A stretch of 64,000 nt of DNA, taken from the IMG/VR virus record IMGVR_UViG_3300048503_000032, positions 42,773 to 106,772 of that record. One strand, given 5' to 3'. Positions 17,857-26,703 of the stretch are shown piece by piece; the first letter of the stretch is position 1, and each line of letters begins with the position of its first letter. Source of the DNA: a virus (taxonomy: Duplodnaviria; Caudoviricetes). Under the pieces are notes generated by a model, which did not search any database, was not told the DNA's origin, and worked only from the letters and a program-made list of their open reading frames with translations. Made by a program: the position numbers and the translations under genes.

Positions 17857-20800
17857 TCGACAAGATCAACGCTTTACCTAACGCTGCCAAGCCTGACGGC
17901 ATGTGGTCGACTCTGCGCCGCCGCAAAGAGAAGCAGTATGGGAAGACGCAGTGGAAGAAGAATCCGATCAAGCTGATACCGAAGCCGGCGGATGCTTTGG
18001 CGTTTAAGCAGTTGCCGATTCCTTTGCGTGATAAGCTGGTGAATACGGCTCCCGTCAAGAGCTTCGATCCTCGTAAGCTGGTCACCAATCAGCCGATGGT
18101 ATCTCAGGCTGACTTGGCTCATTTCGCCGATCATGGCACAGACCCAGATCCGGTCATAATCCTGAAGTCGACAGACGGGTTGTATGTCCACAACGGGAAC
18201 CATCGGTCTGCGCTGGCGATGATGCGGGGGCGCAAGGTGAAGGCGCGTTACATCGATCTGTCTCAGGTGCCTCAGTTGAAGGGGAAGAAGCCGGTACCTC
18301 AGGAGCGGGCTGTGGATGCTTATAAGATGCGGGACAACGATGGGGTGTTTACCAGCGAGGAAGCGTTGGATAAAGAGGCAAGACGTGGTGCACAGCTCGT
18401 CCACACGGCGTCGTTGAGGGATTCGGCGGGGTCTGGTGCCACTGGATCTGCCCTGGGGCAACGTGCGGCTCTGTTGGCTTCTAGCATGGTGAATTTTGAT
18501 GGGCTGGTGGGGGAGGTGTTTGATGCTGGTGGGCCGGGATCAGGAAGACACAAAGAAATTCCTGGTGAAGGATGGGTTACAAAAAGCGGTAAGTTCATAC
18601 CTGTGAGTCACGAAGGAGCGCACGGAGAACATTCAGACGTAGCAAAAGCTAACGGATTAGGGAATACTGTAGATAAGGCTTTTGCTAATGGGCATGTGAG
18701 AGTAGCCGAGCTGTTAGATAATGAGTGGGGGTTGAATATAGGGAAGACTACAAGCGAAGCCTGCGAACGTTTGCAGGATGTAGTTGATCGGTTACCCGAT
18801 ACGACGCGAGGAATTTACATTGATTATAGTTCACGAGGGGGTAATAAATCCGCGTCAGCTCATTTTACAGGTGGCAGTGCTAAGGTTAAGGCTCTGGACT
18901 GGATAGCCAAGGGAGCCAAGACTTCAGTGTTTTATAGCGCCGCGGGGGGTCATCCGTTTGATGGGGAGAAGGCGGAGGACGGTTATGGCATCGGCAACTG
19001 TAAGGAGTGCGGCAAGCCTTGGAAGAATAAGGCACACTGGAGGATCGCGGCCGGCGGGCCTGGTAGCGGTCGTCATAAGGAGGTTGGAGGCGCGGGATGG
19101 GTTACAAAGGGCGGTAAGTTTATTCCGTTGGAATCTAAAGATGGCCATTTGTATTCTCATGTAGATGTCGCAAATAAAAACGGGCTAGGAAAGACTTATG
19201 AGGAGGCTTGGAAGAATGGCCATGTGAGGGTGTCGACAGCGATGGGTAATAAGCTGTTGGCGTTGGAGAGTGGCAAGAATACGGCGGAAGCTCGAGAGCG
19301 GTTGATAGACATAGTTCAGCGCTTACCAGACTCCAAGATTATTACGATAGAGCACTCGCAGGGTATGCCCGGAGTTCGTTCGGTCTATCGTACTTTTTAT
19401 GATCCAAGTAGTAAGGAAGAGGCTTCTGATTGGTTGGACAAGGGAGCCAAGACTTCAGTGTTTTATAGCGCCGCGGGGGGTCATCCGTTTGATGGGGAGA
19501 AGGCGGAGGACGGTTATGGCATCGGCAACTGTAAGGAGTGCGGCAAGCCTTGGAAGAATAAGGCACACTGGAGGATCGCGGCTGGCGGCCCAGGGTCTGG
19601 TCGTCATCCGGGTGGTGGAGTAGTAAGGCAGGGCAAGATTGTGAAGTGGGGATTGACTCCGAAGAATGAGAAGATTTTTGCAAAGTATGGACTGAAGGTC
19701 AAGCTGGTAGACGCAAAGCAGCTCCAGCCGTCAGAGCATAGTAGTTGGAGACAGGCACTGTTTACTTTCATGAAGTCTCCAAGAGACCGTAAGTATCTTG
19801 ACGGCTTGACTGATGGGATGCGCGCCGGGAAGTTGGTATATCCGCTTGAGGTGGAGAAGAATAAGTCGGGCGGCTATGACGTGATGGACGGCCATAATCG
19901 GTATGTGGCAGCTACAGAAGCAGGGGAGACAAAGATTGCTGTGTTCGAGAGTCCAGTAGAAGCAAAGCAAGACAAGTTTATGGAAGAGAATTTAGATTTG
20001 CAGAAGGTAGTGAAGGCGTCGGCCATTTCAGCTGGAGGCCCAGGCTCGGGCTGGACTACGGAGAACGGCCATGTCTCGAATCTGACTCCGCAGGACAAGG
20101 GTCAGAAGCTCCAGAAGATGGGTTTCTTTCATACGGATCAGGGTAACTACGGCGTCGGTAAGGAAGTATGGCAGCACAAGGACACCGGCACTCAGGTGCA
20201 TGTGTCGAAGTACAACGCGCCCAACCAGCCGAACCTGAGAAAGTTCGAGGTCTATAAGTCGAACGGCGACAAGATTTTCAATGGGCATCAGTTCAGCAAG
20301 GCGGTTGAGAAGATGCAGAACACTCCGATGCAGAAGTCGGAGATGAAGCCTGACACTGGGCCGAAGACTAGCCTGCCTAGCGGAGTGAAGCAGTATGATC
20401 CTACTGTGAAGCCGTCGGCGCTTGAGCAGTTGAATGTACCGAAGGGTGGTGTGAAGACGACAGAGCCATCGATTCCAGCGTCTGAGAAGAATGCTGTGTT
20501 GCAGGATGCTGGCTTCCATGTCGCATATACGAGTAAGTTGGTAGAGACTGGACAGCCGACAGATGTTTGGGTTCATTCTACGACTCAGGATGCGGTGCAT
20601 GTGATTGCGACCGATCCTACTCACAGCAGTTGGAAATATATACCGGCGAACGGATCGCCATCGACGGGCAAGATGGCTGACGACTTGAAGCAGGCCATTG
20701 CCAATGGAGGCAAGCCAGCAGCAGTTGATAAGCCGACATCGTCTACGAAGACATCGACTCCCGCAGCACCGAAGACGCCGGATATCATTCCGGTGACAAA

Positions 20801-22238
20801 GGAATGGTGGGACAAGCTGGACAAGGCTGCATCGGATAACTGGGTCAAGGGCGGATCGTCAAAAATGACTGGGTACTCGGATAAAGATAAGCCGAATGAC
20901 TATCATAAAGATGGTACGGGCTGGTATGGCAAAGTAGCATCTGCGATGGGGGTTCCGTTTAGTTCAGTAAAAGATGCAGCACACAGGATTGATAGTTTGC
21001 AGTCGTCTGGTAAGACGGCGGAGGGCGGTAACAAGATTGGAGCTTGGAGTCAGTCGGTGGTCAATAATGTAGGACAGGCTGGCAGTGTTCATCTTGGCAC
21101 GGCGATTGAGTATGCGCATGCGCAGCAGTGGATCAAAGAGAATGGGATGGCCAACAGCGGTAATATGTCTCGCGGGTACTCGGGAACTGGGAAGACGATA
21201 GATAAGGCTGTTGGTTATGTGAAGTCGCAGGATCAGATTACGCTGTTGAATACTCTGGTGCATATGCAGCCTAAGGGCTTCGAGGTCAGTCTTCCGGTGA
21301 ACGGAGTAGAGGGGTTTTCGATCAAGTCTGGCTGGTCTAAGTTTACGAACGAGAAAGGTGCGATGGTACGCCTGTCCAACGTAGATCCGAAGAATGTGAT
21401 TTCAGGTTGGGGCATGGGCGGTATGGTGGATAGTTATGACGGGGAGAAGGAATGGCTCTTGGCCTTTAAGGATTCCAGTATGCCTATCAGGACGTTCGCA
21501 GGCGGAAACGCGAAAGTAGAGATTATTAAGGGAGCAGTGATGTCGGCGAAGGACAAGATCTTCTGGGCTACGCTGGTTCAGCTGAAGAAGTCCGGTTGGA
21601 ACTGGACAGTGAAGGGCAAGAAGATCACCATCACGCCGCCGGGATGGTTCACCGACAGGAAGAATATCGTGCTTGACCCGGATCAGATGGCGGCGGCATC
21701 GGTGTCGTCTTCATCGGAGGAAGCGGCTGTGGATAATCTGTCGCCGGGTACCATTGCACGCGAGATGATTCGTTCTAAGGCTCTGGGCGTATCGTCGGCT
21801 GCTTACAAGCTGGCCGGCGTTACATCATTCCAAGGCTTGCCGATCAGCATCGAGAATAAGAAGGGCGATGTGCGCAGCGGTGTGGCGGCGGACGGTAGCA
21901 AGTGGACAATCAAGATGCCATTCGACTACGGATACATCAAGGGCACCAAGGGAGCCGACGGTCAGCCGGTGGATTGTTTCATTGGCCCTTTGAAAGACTG
22001 CAAGTTTGCATATATCGTTCATCAGACGAAGTTTGATAAGAGCGGTTATGATGAAGACAAGACGATGCTCGGATGGCCGTCGGCGGAGCGAGCTGAGAAA
22101 GCGTACAGATCTGCGTACAATAACGTCGATTTGTTCTACTCTATGAGTGTGATCCCGATGCATGAGTTCATCAAGAAAGTGCTGAGCACAAAGAACCACA
22201 AGCGGCCGGGTAAGATCCACGCAGAGGTAGCAGCATGA
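17844..22238 (+). CDS. Polyvalent protein 2: two ParB-like domains, duplicated modules, ADP-ribosyltransferase-like domain, C-terminal inorganic-pyrophosphatase-like (InPase) domain
   Basis: HNGNHR, MDGHNR; SRG...GFS...EKEW (R-S-E); ISIENKKG...DYGYIKGT.GADG..VDCFIGP...YDEDK. Confidence 0.85.
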   Translation: MQSVIDKINALPNAAKPDGMWSTLRRRKEKQYGKTQWKKNPIKLIPKPADALAFKQLPIPLRDKLVNTAPVKSFDPRKLVTNQPMVSQADLAHFADHGTDPDPVIILKSTDGLYVHNGNHRSALAMMRGRKVKARYIDLSQVPQLKGKKPVPQERAVDAYKMRDNDGVFTSEEALDKEARRGAQLVHTASLRDSAGSGATGSALGQRAALLASSMVNFDGLVGEVFDAGGPGSGRHKEIPGEGWVTKSGKFIPVSHEGAHGEHSDVAKANGLGNTVDKAFANGHVRVAELLDNEWGLNIGKTTSEACERLQDVVDRLPDTTRGIYIDYSSRGGNKSASAHFTGGSAKVKALDWIAKGAKTSVFYSAAGGHPFDGEKAEDGYGIGNCKECGKPWKNKAHWRIAAGGPGSGRHKEVGGAGWVTKGGKFIPLESKDGHLYSHVDVANKNGLGKTYEEAWKNGHVRVSTAMGNKLLALESGKNTAEARERLIDIVQRLPDSKIITIEHSQGMPGVRSVYRTFYDPSSKEEASDWLDKGAKTSVFYSAAGGHPFDGEKAEDGYGIGNCKECGKPWKNKAHWRIAAGGPGSGRHPGGGVVRQGKIVKWGLTPKNEKIFAKYGLKVKLVDAKQLQPSEHSSWRQALFTFMKSPRDRKYLDGLTDGMRAGKLVYPLEVEKNKSGGYDVMDGHNRYVAATEAGETKIAVFESPVEAKQDKFMEENLDLQKVVKASAISAGGPGSGWTTENGHVSNLTPQDKGQKLQKMGFFHTDQGNYGVGKEVWQHKDTGTQVHVSKYNAPNQPNLRKFEVYKSNGDKIFNGHQFSKAVEKMQNTPMQKSEMKPDTGPKTSLPSGVKQYDPTVKPSALEQLNVPKGGVKTTEPSIPASEKNAVLQDAGFHVAYTSKLVETGQPTDVWVHSTTQDAVHVIATDPTHSSWKYIPANGSPSTGKMADDLKQAIANGGKPAAVDKPTSSTKTSTPAAPKTPDIIPVTKEWWDKLDKAASDNWVKGGSSKMTGYSDKDKPNDYHKDGTGWYGKVASAMGVPFSSVKDAAHRIDSLQSSGKTAEGGNKIGAWSQSVVNNVGQAGSVHLGTAIEYAHAQQWIKENGMANSGNMSRGYSGTGKTIDKAVGYVKSQDQITLLNTLVHMQPKGFEVSLPVNGVEGFSIKSGWSKFTNEKGAMVRLSNVDPKNVISGWGMGGMVDSYDGEKEWLLAFKDSSMPIRTFAGGNAKVEIIKGAVMSAKDKIFWATLVQLKKSGWNWTVKGKKITITPPGWFTDRKNIVLDPDQMAAASVSSSSEEAAVDNLSPGTIAREMIRSKALGVSSAAYKLAGVTSFQGLPISIENKKGDVRSGVAADGSKWTIKMPFDYGYIKGTKGADGQPVDCFIGPLKDCKFAYIVHQTKFDKSGYDEDKTMLGWPSAERAEKAYRSAYNNVDLFYSMSVIPMHEFIKKVLSTKNHKRPGKIHAEVAA
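18908..19582 (+). repeat. ~144-bp exact direct repeat (18908-19051 / 19439-19582)
   Basis: Identical copies, offset 531, encoding HPF...CKECGKPWKNKAHWRIAA. Confidence 0.95.
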
Positions 22239-23056
22239 GTGTTCCAGGATTCACGCCGTGTTATATATTCCCCAGCGAGTTGCAGGCGTATGGGTTGCCG
22301 AGCCCTGCTGCGCAGCCTGACATCCAGAACCTTGTCTATCTGGCGTCCAGCATAATCGACGAGGCTTGCGGAAGAGTTGACGGAGATGGCAACGGATCGC
22401 TGGTGTTCACGACGTACACGCAGCGTATGCTCATGCAGACGAGGAATCGGAATTTGTGTCTGCTGCCGATGAAGCCGATCGTGCCGGTTACACAGGATCA
22501 GATCGACGCGCTGACAGCTCAGGCATCGGCCAGCGGCAGCGGAGGAAATTATTATCTGACGGGAAATCTACAGGCGAGTACGTTCATCAGCCCGATGGGG
22601 ACGCTGTCGGGTATTGTGGGGGCCAGCGGAAGGTATGGATACACGCGGCAGGATATGTCGGTTGCTTATCCTGACTTGTTTGCATTCATCAACCCACTCA
22701 ATCTTGTGACCATGTTCGGTGGGCCGGCTCCGTGGGTTGCTGTAGACATCACCAACACCGACTACGATTACAAGACAGGTGAGGTATGGGTGCCGGCGGG
22801 ACTTCAGCTTCAGCGGTACTCGGAGATTCTGATTGTATACAACTGCGGGTTCGATCCTAACAAAATGCCTCCGGGCATCAAGCTGGCGACGGCGTGCTTA
22901 GTCAAAAATGCGCTGGCAAAGGGGGATGGGACGACTGCACTGACTAGCATGAGCTTGAGTCGTAGCGGAGCTTCGTTTGGTTTCATGCCTGGATCATTGA
23001 TTGATCCTACGGTTGATGGATTGCTACTTCCGTGGAAGAAAATCATGGCGTACTAG
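22235..23056 (+). CDS. Head-tail adaptor-like protein
   Basis: ASSIIDEAC, VYNCGF...PPGIKLA, LLLPW pattern; position. Confidence 0.7.
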   Translation: MSVPGFTPCYIFPSELQAYGLPSPAAQPDIQNLVYLASSIIDEACGRVDGDGNGSLVFTTYTQRMLMQTRNRNLCLLPMKPIVPVTQDQIDALTAQASASGSGGNYYLTGNLQASTFISPMGTLSGIVGASGRYGYTRQDMSVAYPDLFAFINPLNLVTMFGGPAPWVAVDITNTDYDYKTGEVWVPAGLQLQRYSEILIVYNCGFDPNKMPPGIKLATACLVKNALAKGDGTTALTSMSLSRSGASFGFMPGSLIDPTVDGLLLPWKKIMAY

Positions 23057-23070
23057 GGAAGTTGACTGTA

Positions 23071-23550
23071 ATGGGGTACTCGGGGTTGAATATCGGCTTC
23101 GGCATTCAGCGGCTGGTGGACGCTCAGCAGCGTTACACCCAGGCTTCGCGTGTTCCGATATTCATGCGGCTGCGCAACTTCGTTCCGCCGACCAACGAGT
23201 TGTATGCTCAGCTCGGGTACACGATTACGCCGGGAGTTGGACAGACAGGAACGTCGGATATCCTGATTGCTCCGCCTCCGTCGACTCGGCTGGTATCGAT
23301 GCACAATATCGGGATGTCTTCAGGGAAGCTGAGGTTCGGGGCGAGGTATTTCATAATCTCAGGGACGTTTGTGAACGCTCAGCAGGCAGCTTTAGGAGTA
23401 TCTACGCCTGAGCATCTGTGGATGTCACCACAGTTCGTAGGCATTTATGCGTATGGGGTTTTGTGGTCGGTAGAACAATACTCTTCAGAAGAGTTGGGCG
23501 GAGTGCCGGTTTTGTGGATTTTGACTTGCAACGCGAACGAAATTAAGTAG
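23071..23550 (+). CDS. Putative head-closure/neck protein
   Basis: Position and size only. Confidence 0.55.
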   Translation: MGYSGLNIGFGIQRLVDAQQRYTQASRVPIFMRLRNFVPPTNELYAQLGYTITPGVGQTGTSDILIAPPPSTRLVSMHNIGMSSGKLRFGARYFIISGTFVNAQQAALGVSTPEHLWMSPQFVGIYAYGVLWSVEQYSSEELGGVPVLWILTCNANEIK

Positions 23551-23551
23551 G

Positions 23552-23593
23552 GGTAGTTCGCTGTTGCGATCAGGTCGGATGGGATTCTAGTAT
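23552..23593 (+). promoter_or_regulatory. Late-type promoter motif, copy 4
   Basis: GGTAGTTCGCTGTTG...TAGTAT. Confidence 0.75.
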
Positions 23594-23625
23594 AACGCGA
23601 GTGATCAAAGTACTGAGGTGAAGAG

Positions 23626-24204
23626 ATGAATCTGAGCAATGCGATGGCGCTGCGAAGTGAAGGCAGACAGATTCAGGCTGGCGCTATGCCGAAGGCGGAT
23701 GCCAAGTACACGCCTGTTCATGCTGGCGCGCACGATCATCTCACCAAGATTGGTTACATGCACACTGGCAACAAGACCCGCGGCGGGATCACGACCAGCA
23801 ATTATTTCAAGTCCAAGATGGGCAACACCAGAAACATCGCTGTTCAGAAGGATGGATCGTTCATCAAGACATCGAAGACGGCCAAGGGAACGCGCCGGTC
23901 GCGTGGTAAGCTCGACGCATGTGGTCTGAAGATGAAGGCTTCGGTGACTGTCGATGCTGGAGGCCCAGGGTCTGGTCGTCATGCTGGTGGGAGCAGTGGG
24001 CCGAAGGCGAACTATAACGGGAACCAGAAGGCTTTGGATATCATGCATAAGGGCATGGTTTCTTCAGGGTATACTTATAACAGGTCATCTCCGTCCGAGA
24101 CAGTTGAGGGTGCGCATTTTCACGACTACAAGGGCAAGGACGGTATGACCAGTGCTGGAATCCGCGAGCATTCGGACGGTAAGCTCGAGTTTTTATCGAA
24201 GTAG
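23626..24204 (+). CDS. Basic two-module protein with GGPGSG tag (putative internal head protein)
   Basis: GAGGTG RBS; VDA-GGPGSGRH shared with 17844-22238. Confidence 0.75.
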   Translation: MNLSNAMALRSEGRQIQAGAMPKADAKYTPVHAGAHDHLTKIGYMHTGNKTRGGITTSNYFKSKMGNTRNIAVQKDGSFIKTSKTAKGTRRSRGKLDACGLKMKASVTVDAGGPGSGRHAGGSSGPKANYNGNQKALDIMHKGMVSSGYTYNRSSPSETVEGAHFHDYKGKDGMTSAGIREHSDGKLEFLSK

Positions 24205-24213
24205 AGGAGACTT

Positions 24214-24483
24214 ATGGCGAACAGGACAGTGATGATCCGCAGACCGATGCTTCACGGTAATACGACGCGCATGGTGCGTGCGACTGTTCTGTCGGAGAGC
24301 GATGGCATGCTCCGTGTGGTTGAGCAGGGAAGCAATAAGCCGATCACGGTGAAGGCATCGGAGACGATGGATGCTCCCAAGACATTCGGTACGCGGCTGG
24401 CGATGCAAAGCGGCGTTGTCATCCAGAGATCGTTACCGGATAATCCCAACAGTCTCTCGCGTATCATCGAGGGCAGAGGTTAG
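24214..24483 (+). CDS. Hypothetical protein
   Basis: GAGGAG RBS. Confidence 0.75.
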   Translation: MANRTVMIRRPMLHGNTTRMVRATVLSESDGMLRVVEQGSNKPITVKASETMDAPKTFGTRLAMQSGVVIQRSLPDNPNSLSRIIEGRG

Positions 24484-24531
24484 GCTTCACCCGGTCACCC
24501 GGCCGGCAAATCTGACGAGGAGAACTACATC

Positions 24532-24795
24532 ATGGCAAGCACAACTTTGATTGCGAATCTGAAGACGGTTATCGCCAATGGCCCAAGCACGGTGACCAAG
24601 GCGAACGCCATTGCACAGGCCGGGCCGATCACGGACTATGTCGGCATGTGCAACAGCGTTCTGACCAACCTGGACGAGGCCGAGGTCAAGTTGAACGGCG
24701 TCGCTGGCGTGGCAGGATTGCTGGCGCTGACCGATCCGACCACCGACGCAGCGAACTACACGCTGCTGAGCAACGTGCTGGCATCTCTCAGCTAA
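24532..24795 (+). CDS. Hypothetical (probable virion) protein
   Basis: GAGGAG RBS; capsid-like codon bias. Confidence 0.75.
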   Translation: MASTTLIANLKTVIANGPSTVTKANAIAQAGPITDYVGMCNSVLTNLDEAEVKLNGVAGVAGLLALTDPTTDAANYTLLSNVLASLS

Positions 24796-24811
24796 TCCTG
24801 GGAGGCCGGCG

Positions 24812-25333
24812 ATGAGTGTGACGGCGACGATATCGGGGATAGACGAGCTGGTTGCGAGTCTGTCTGCGGTACCGTCGCTTGTTACGTCGGGCGTGAAGAC
24901 GACGGACGAGTTGAACTACATCAAGGCTCTGGTATGGGACATGGGTTACGTCCATCGCAAGATAAACCCTGGCCCTAAGACATTGTGGTCAGTCAACGCA
25001 CTAGGTGAGCAGAAGGTGCTGACCATCTATGCGCCGACTGGTTTCATCCGTGTGCAGCGGAACAAGTATCTGGCGATCTTGAAGGACGAGTTCATCAAGG
25101 CGAATTTTGCTGCTAGGCCGATTTCAGAGTGGGGTATGCTGGCAGACAAGATGATGCGGAACGCGGCCTCACGCTGTGCTACGGTGATCTCGGCTGGCGC
25201 TCCGGTTGACAAGGGCGATCTGAAGGACAGTATCGAGGCTGCGTTGCCGGGGGATTCTGAGTTGAGCGGCAGCGGGTACGGCCCATACGGAACGATGGAT
25301 CTAGACATGAGCAGTTTTCTGGAGGAGTCATGA
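24812..25333 (+). CDS. HK97 gp10-like tail completion protein
   Basis: ISGIDELVASL; APVDKGDLKDSI. Confidence 0.6.
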   Translation: MSVTATISGIDELVASLSAVPSLVTSGVKTTDELNYIKALVWDMGYVHRKINPGPKTLWSVNALGEQKVLTIYAPTGFIRVQRNKYLAILKDEFIKANFAARPISEWGMLADKMMRNAASRCATVISAGAPVDKGDLKDSIEAALPGDSELSGSGYGPYGTMDLDMSSFLEES

Positions 25334-25545
25334 ATCAGGGTCAGTTGATTGAGGCGGGGAAGCATGTAGTCGTGGCGAAGAGTGTGATTCCTGTCCATGC
25401 CGGTCAGCACAAGATGTTGACTGATGAGGGATTCCAGCATGTGCGCAACACCGGCGACCACAGCACTTATGTCAGTCCCAAGGGCGGTATCAAGATTCGG
25501 ACACGCGGCAACGGTTTCATGACGGCTGTACCCAACAAGAAGTAG
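25330..25545 (+). CDS. Small basic protein, paralog of the 23626 N-module
   Basis: IEAG...PVHAGQH..LT..GF.H versus IQAG...PVHAGAH..LT..GY.H. Confidence 0.7.
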   Translation: MNQGQLIEAGKHVVVAKSVIPVHAGQHKMLTDEGFQHVRNTGDHSTYVSPKGGIKIRTRGNGFMTAVPNKK

Positions 25546-25568
25546 CTATTCAGGGATGAGGAACGTAT

Positions 25569-26039
25569 ATGGAACAGTTGAAGCAGGACTATCGCAGCAA
25601 GGAATTGTCGCGGGTGAAGATTTATGATACGGACTTCAGCGGTCAGGATCTAAGCCGCTTGAAGATGCGCCAGTCAATCTTCCACCGCTGCAATTTTGAC
25701 AAAGCGGATATGACGGAAGCCGATTGCGAAGGCACCGATTTCTTCGGCAGCACATTCCGTGAGACGGTGATGTATCGCACCAACGGTAAGGATGCGAAGT
25801 TCGCGGGCACAATCTTCGAGCCCAAGGATGCATTCGGTTTGACGATTACATGCTCATGCAAGACGTTCGATGGGATGCATATCTCGAATATCTGGTGGTA
25901 CAACTTCATCATGTATGCGTTGTTGATGAAGCCGGGAACGGATGAGGACACGAAGAAGCTGCACAATGGTTTGATTCAGGTGATCGGGCCAGCGCGCTAT
26001 GTGAAGCTGAAGGCTCTTTTTTCAAAGCGAGAAATATGA
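25569..26039 (+). CDS. Pentapeptide-repeat protein
   Basis: TDFSG QDLSR ... CNFDK ADMTE ADCEG TDFFG STFRE. Confidence 0.75.
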   Translation: MEQLKQDYRSKELSRVKIYDTDFSGQDLSRLKMRQSIFHRCNFDKADMTEADCEGTDFFGSTFRETVMYRTNGKDAKFAGTIFEPKDAFGLTITCSCKTFDGMHISNIWWYNFIMYALLMKPGTDEDTKKLHNGLIQVIGPARYVKLKALFSKREI

Positions 26040-26605
26040 GTAGTGTTCCTGCCAATCCGGTTATGGTGGACGTGCTGGACACGTTCTATTTTTATATTGC
26101 GGCCAACATCGCCAAGCTGACACCGGTGACGACGGTACCGATCACATTGCAGGGGATGGTGAATACAGCGGACTGGCCTCAGATTGAGTTGGTGGATGGC
26201 GGTCTGTATCTGCTGTATCTGACGTCGGTCGAGATGCCGGAGCAGAGTACAAAATCGCAGACGTATTTTGAGCATTACTTGCAGTGGGCATGGACGTTTC
26301 TCGGATCGGATCTGGCAGCGAATCAGGTAGGGGCCAACCGCGGGGATCGCGGTAGAAACAATCTGGCGCTGGTGGAGATGCTGCGTCAGGCCCATTTTCC
26401 TGGGTTCTGCCCCAAGCAGTTTTCTCAGTGCGATCCGGATACTGGCGTGGTAACCTTCACTGCATACACTCCGGTGGAGATGATTAGCTGGGGAATGCCG
26501 AGGCTTGGTACCAAGATGGCGAACGCTCAGTCGGGCGTGTTGTACGGTACGGCTCCGTTAGAGGTTTACGGATTCTCGACTGTGAACCCGTTGATGAATC
26601 CTTAG
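26036..26605 (+). CDS. Putative tail terminator
   Basis: Position before tail tube gene; size. Confidence 0.55.
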   Translation: MSSVPANPVMVDVLDTFYFYIAANIAKLTPVTTVPITLQGMVNTADWPQIELVDGGLYLLYLTSVEMPEQSTKSQTYFEHYLQWAWTFLGSDLAANQVGANRGDRGRNNLALVEMLRQAHFPGFCPKQFSQCDPDTGVVTFTAYTPVEMISWGMPRLGTKMANAQSGVLYGTAPLEVYGFSTVNPLMNP

Positions 26606-26607
26606 TT

Positions 26608-26649
26608 GGTAGTTCGCTGTTGCAGTCATATAGCTGGGCGGGATAGCAT
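26608..26649 (+). promoter_or_regulatory. Late-type promoter motif, copy 5
   Basis: GGTAGTTCGCTGTTG...GGGA-TAGCAT. Confidence 0.75.
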
Positions 26650-26703
26650 AGGTTAGGTTTCGAGCGGTGTGACCGACGAATCTGAATTTAAAGGAGTGAC
26701 ACA

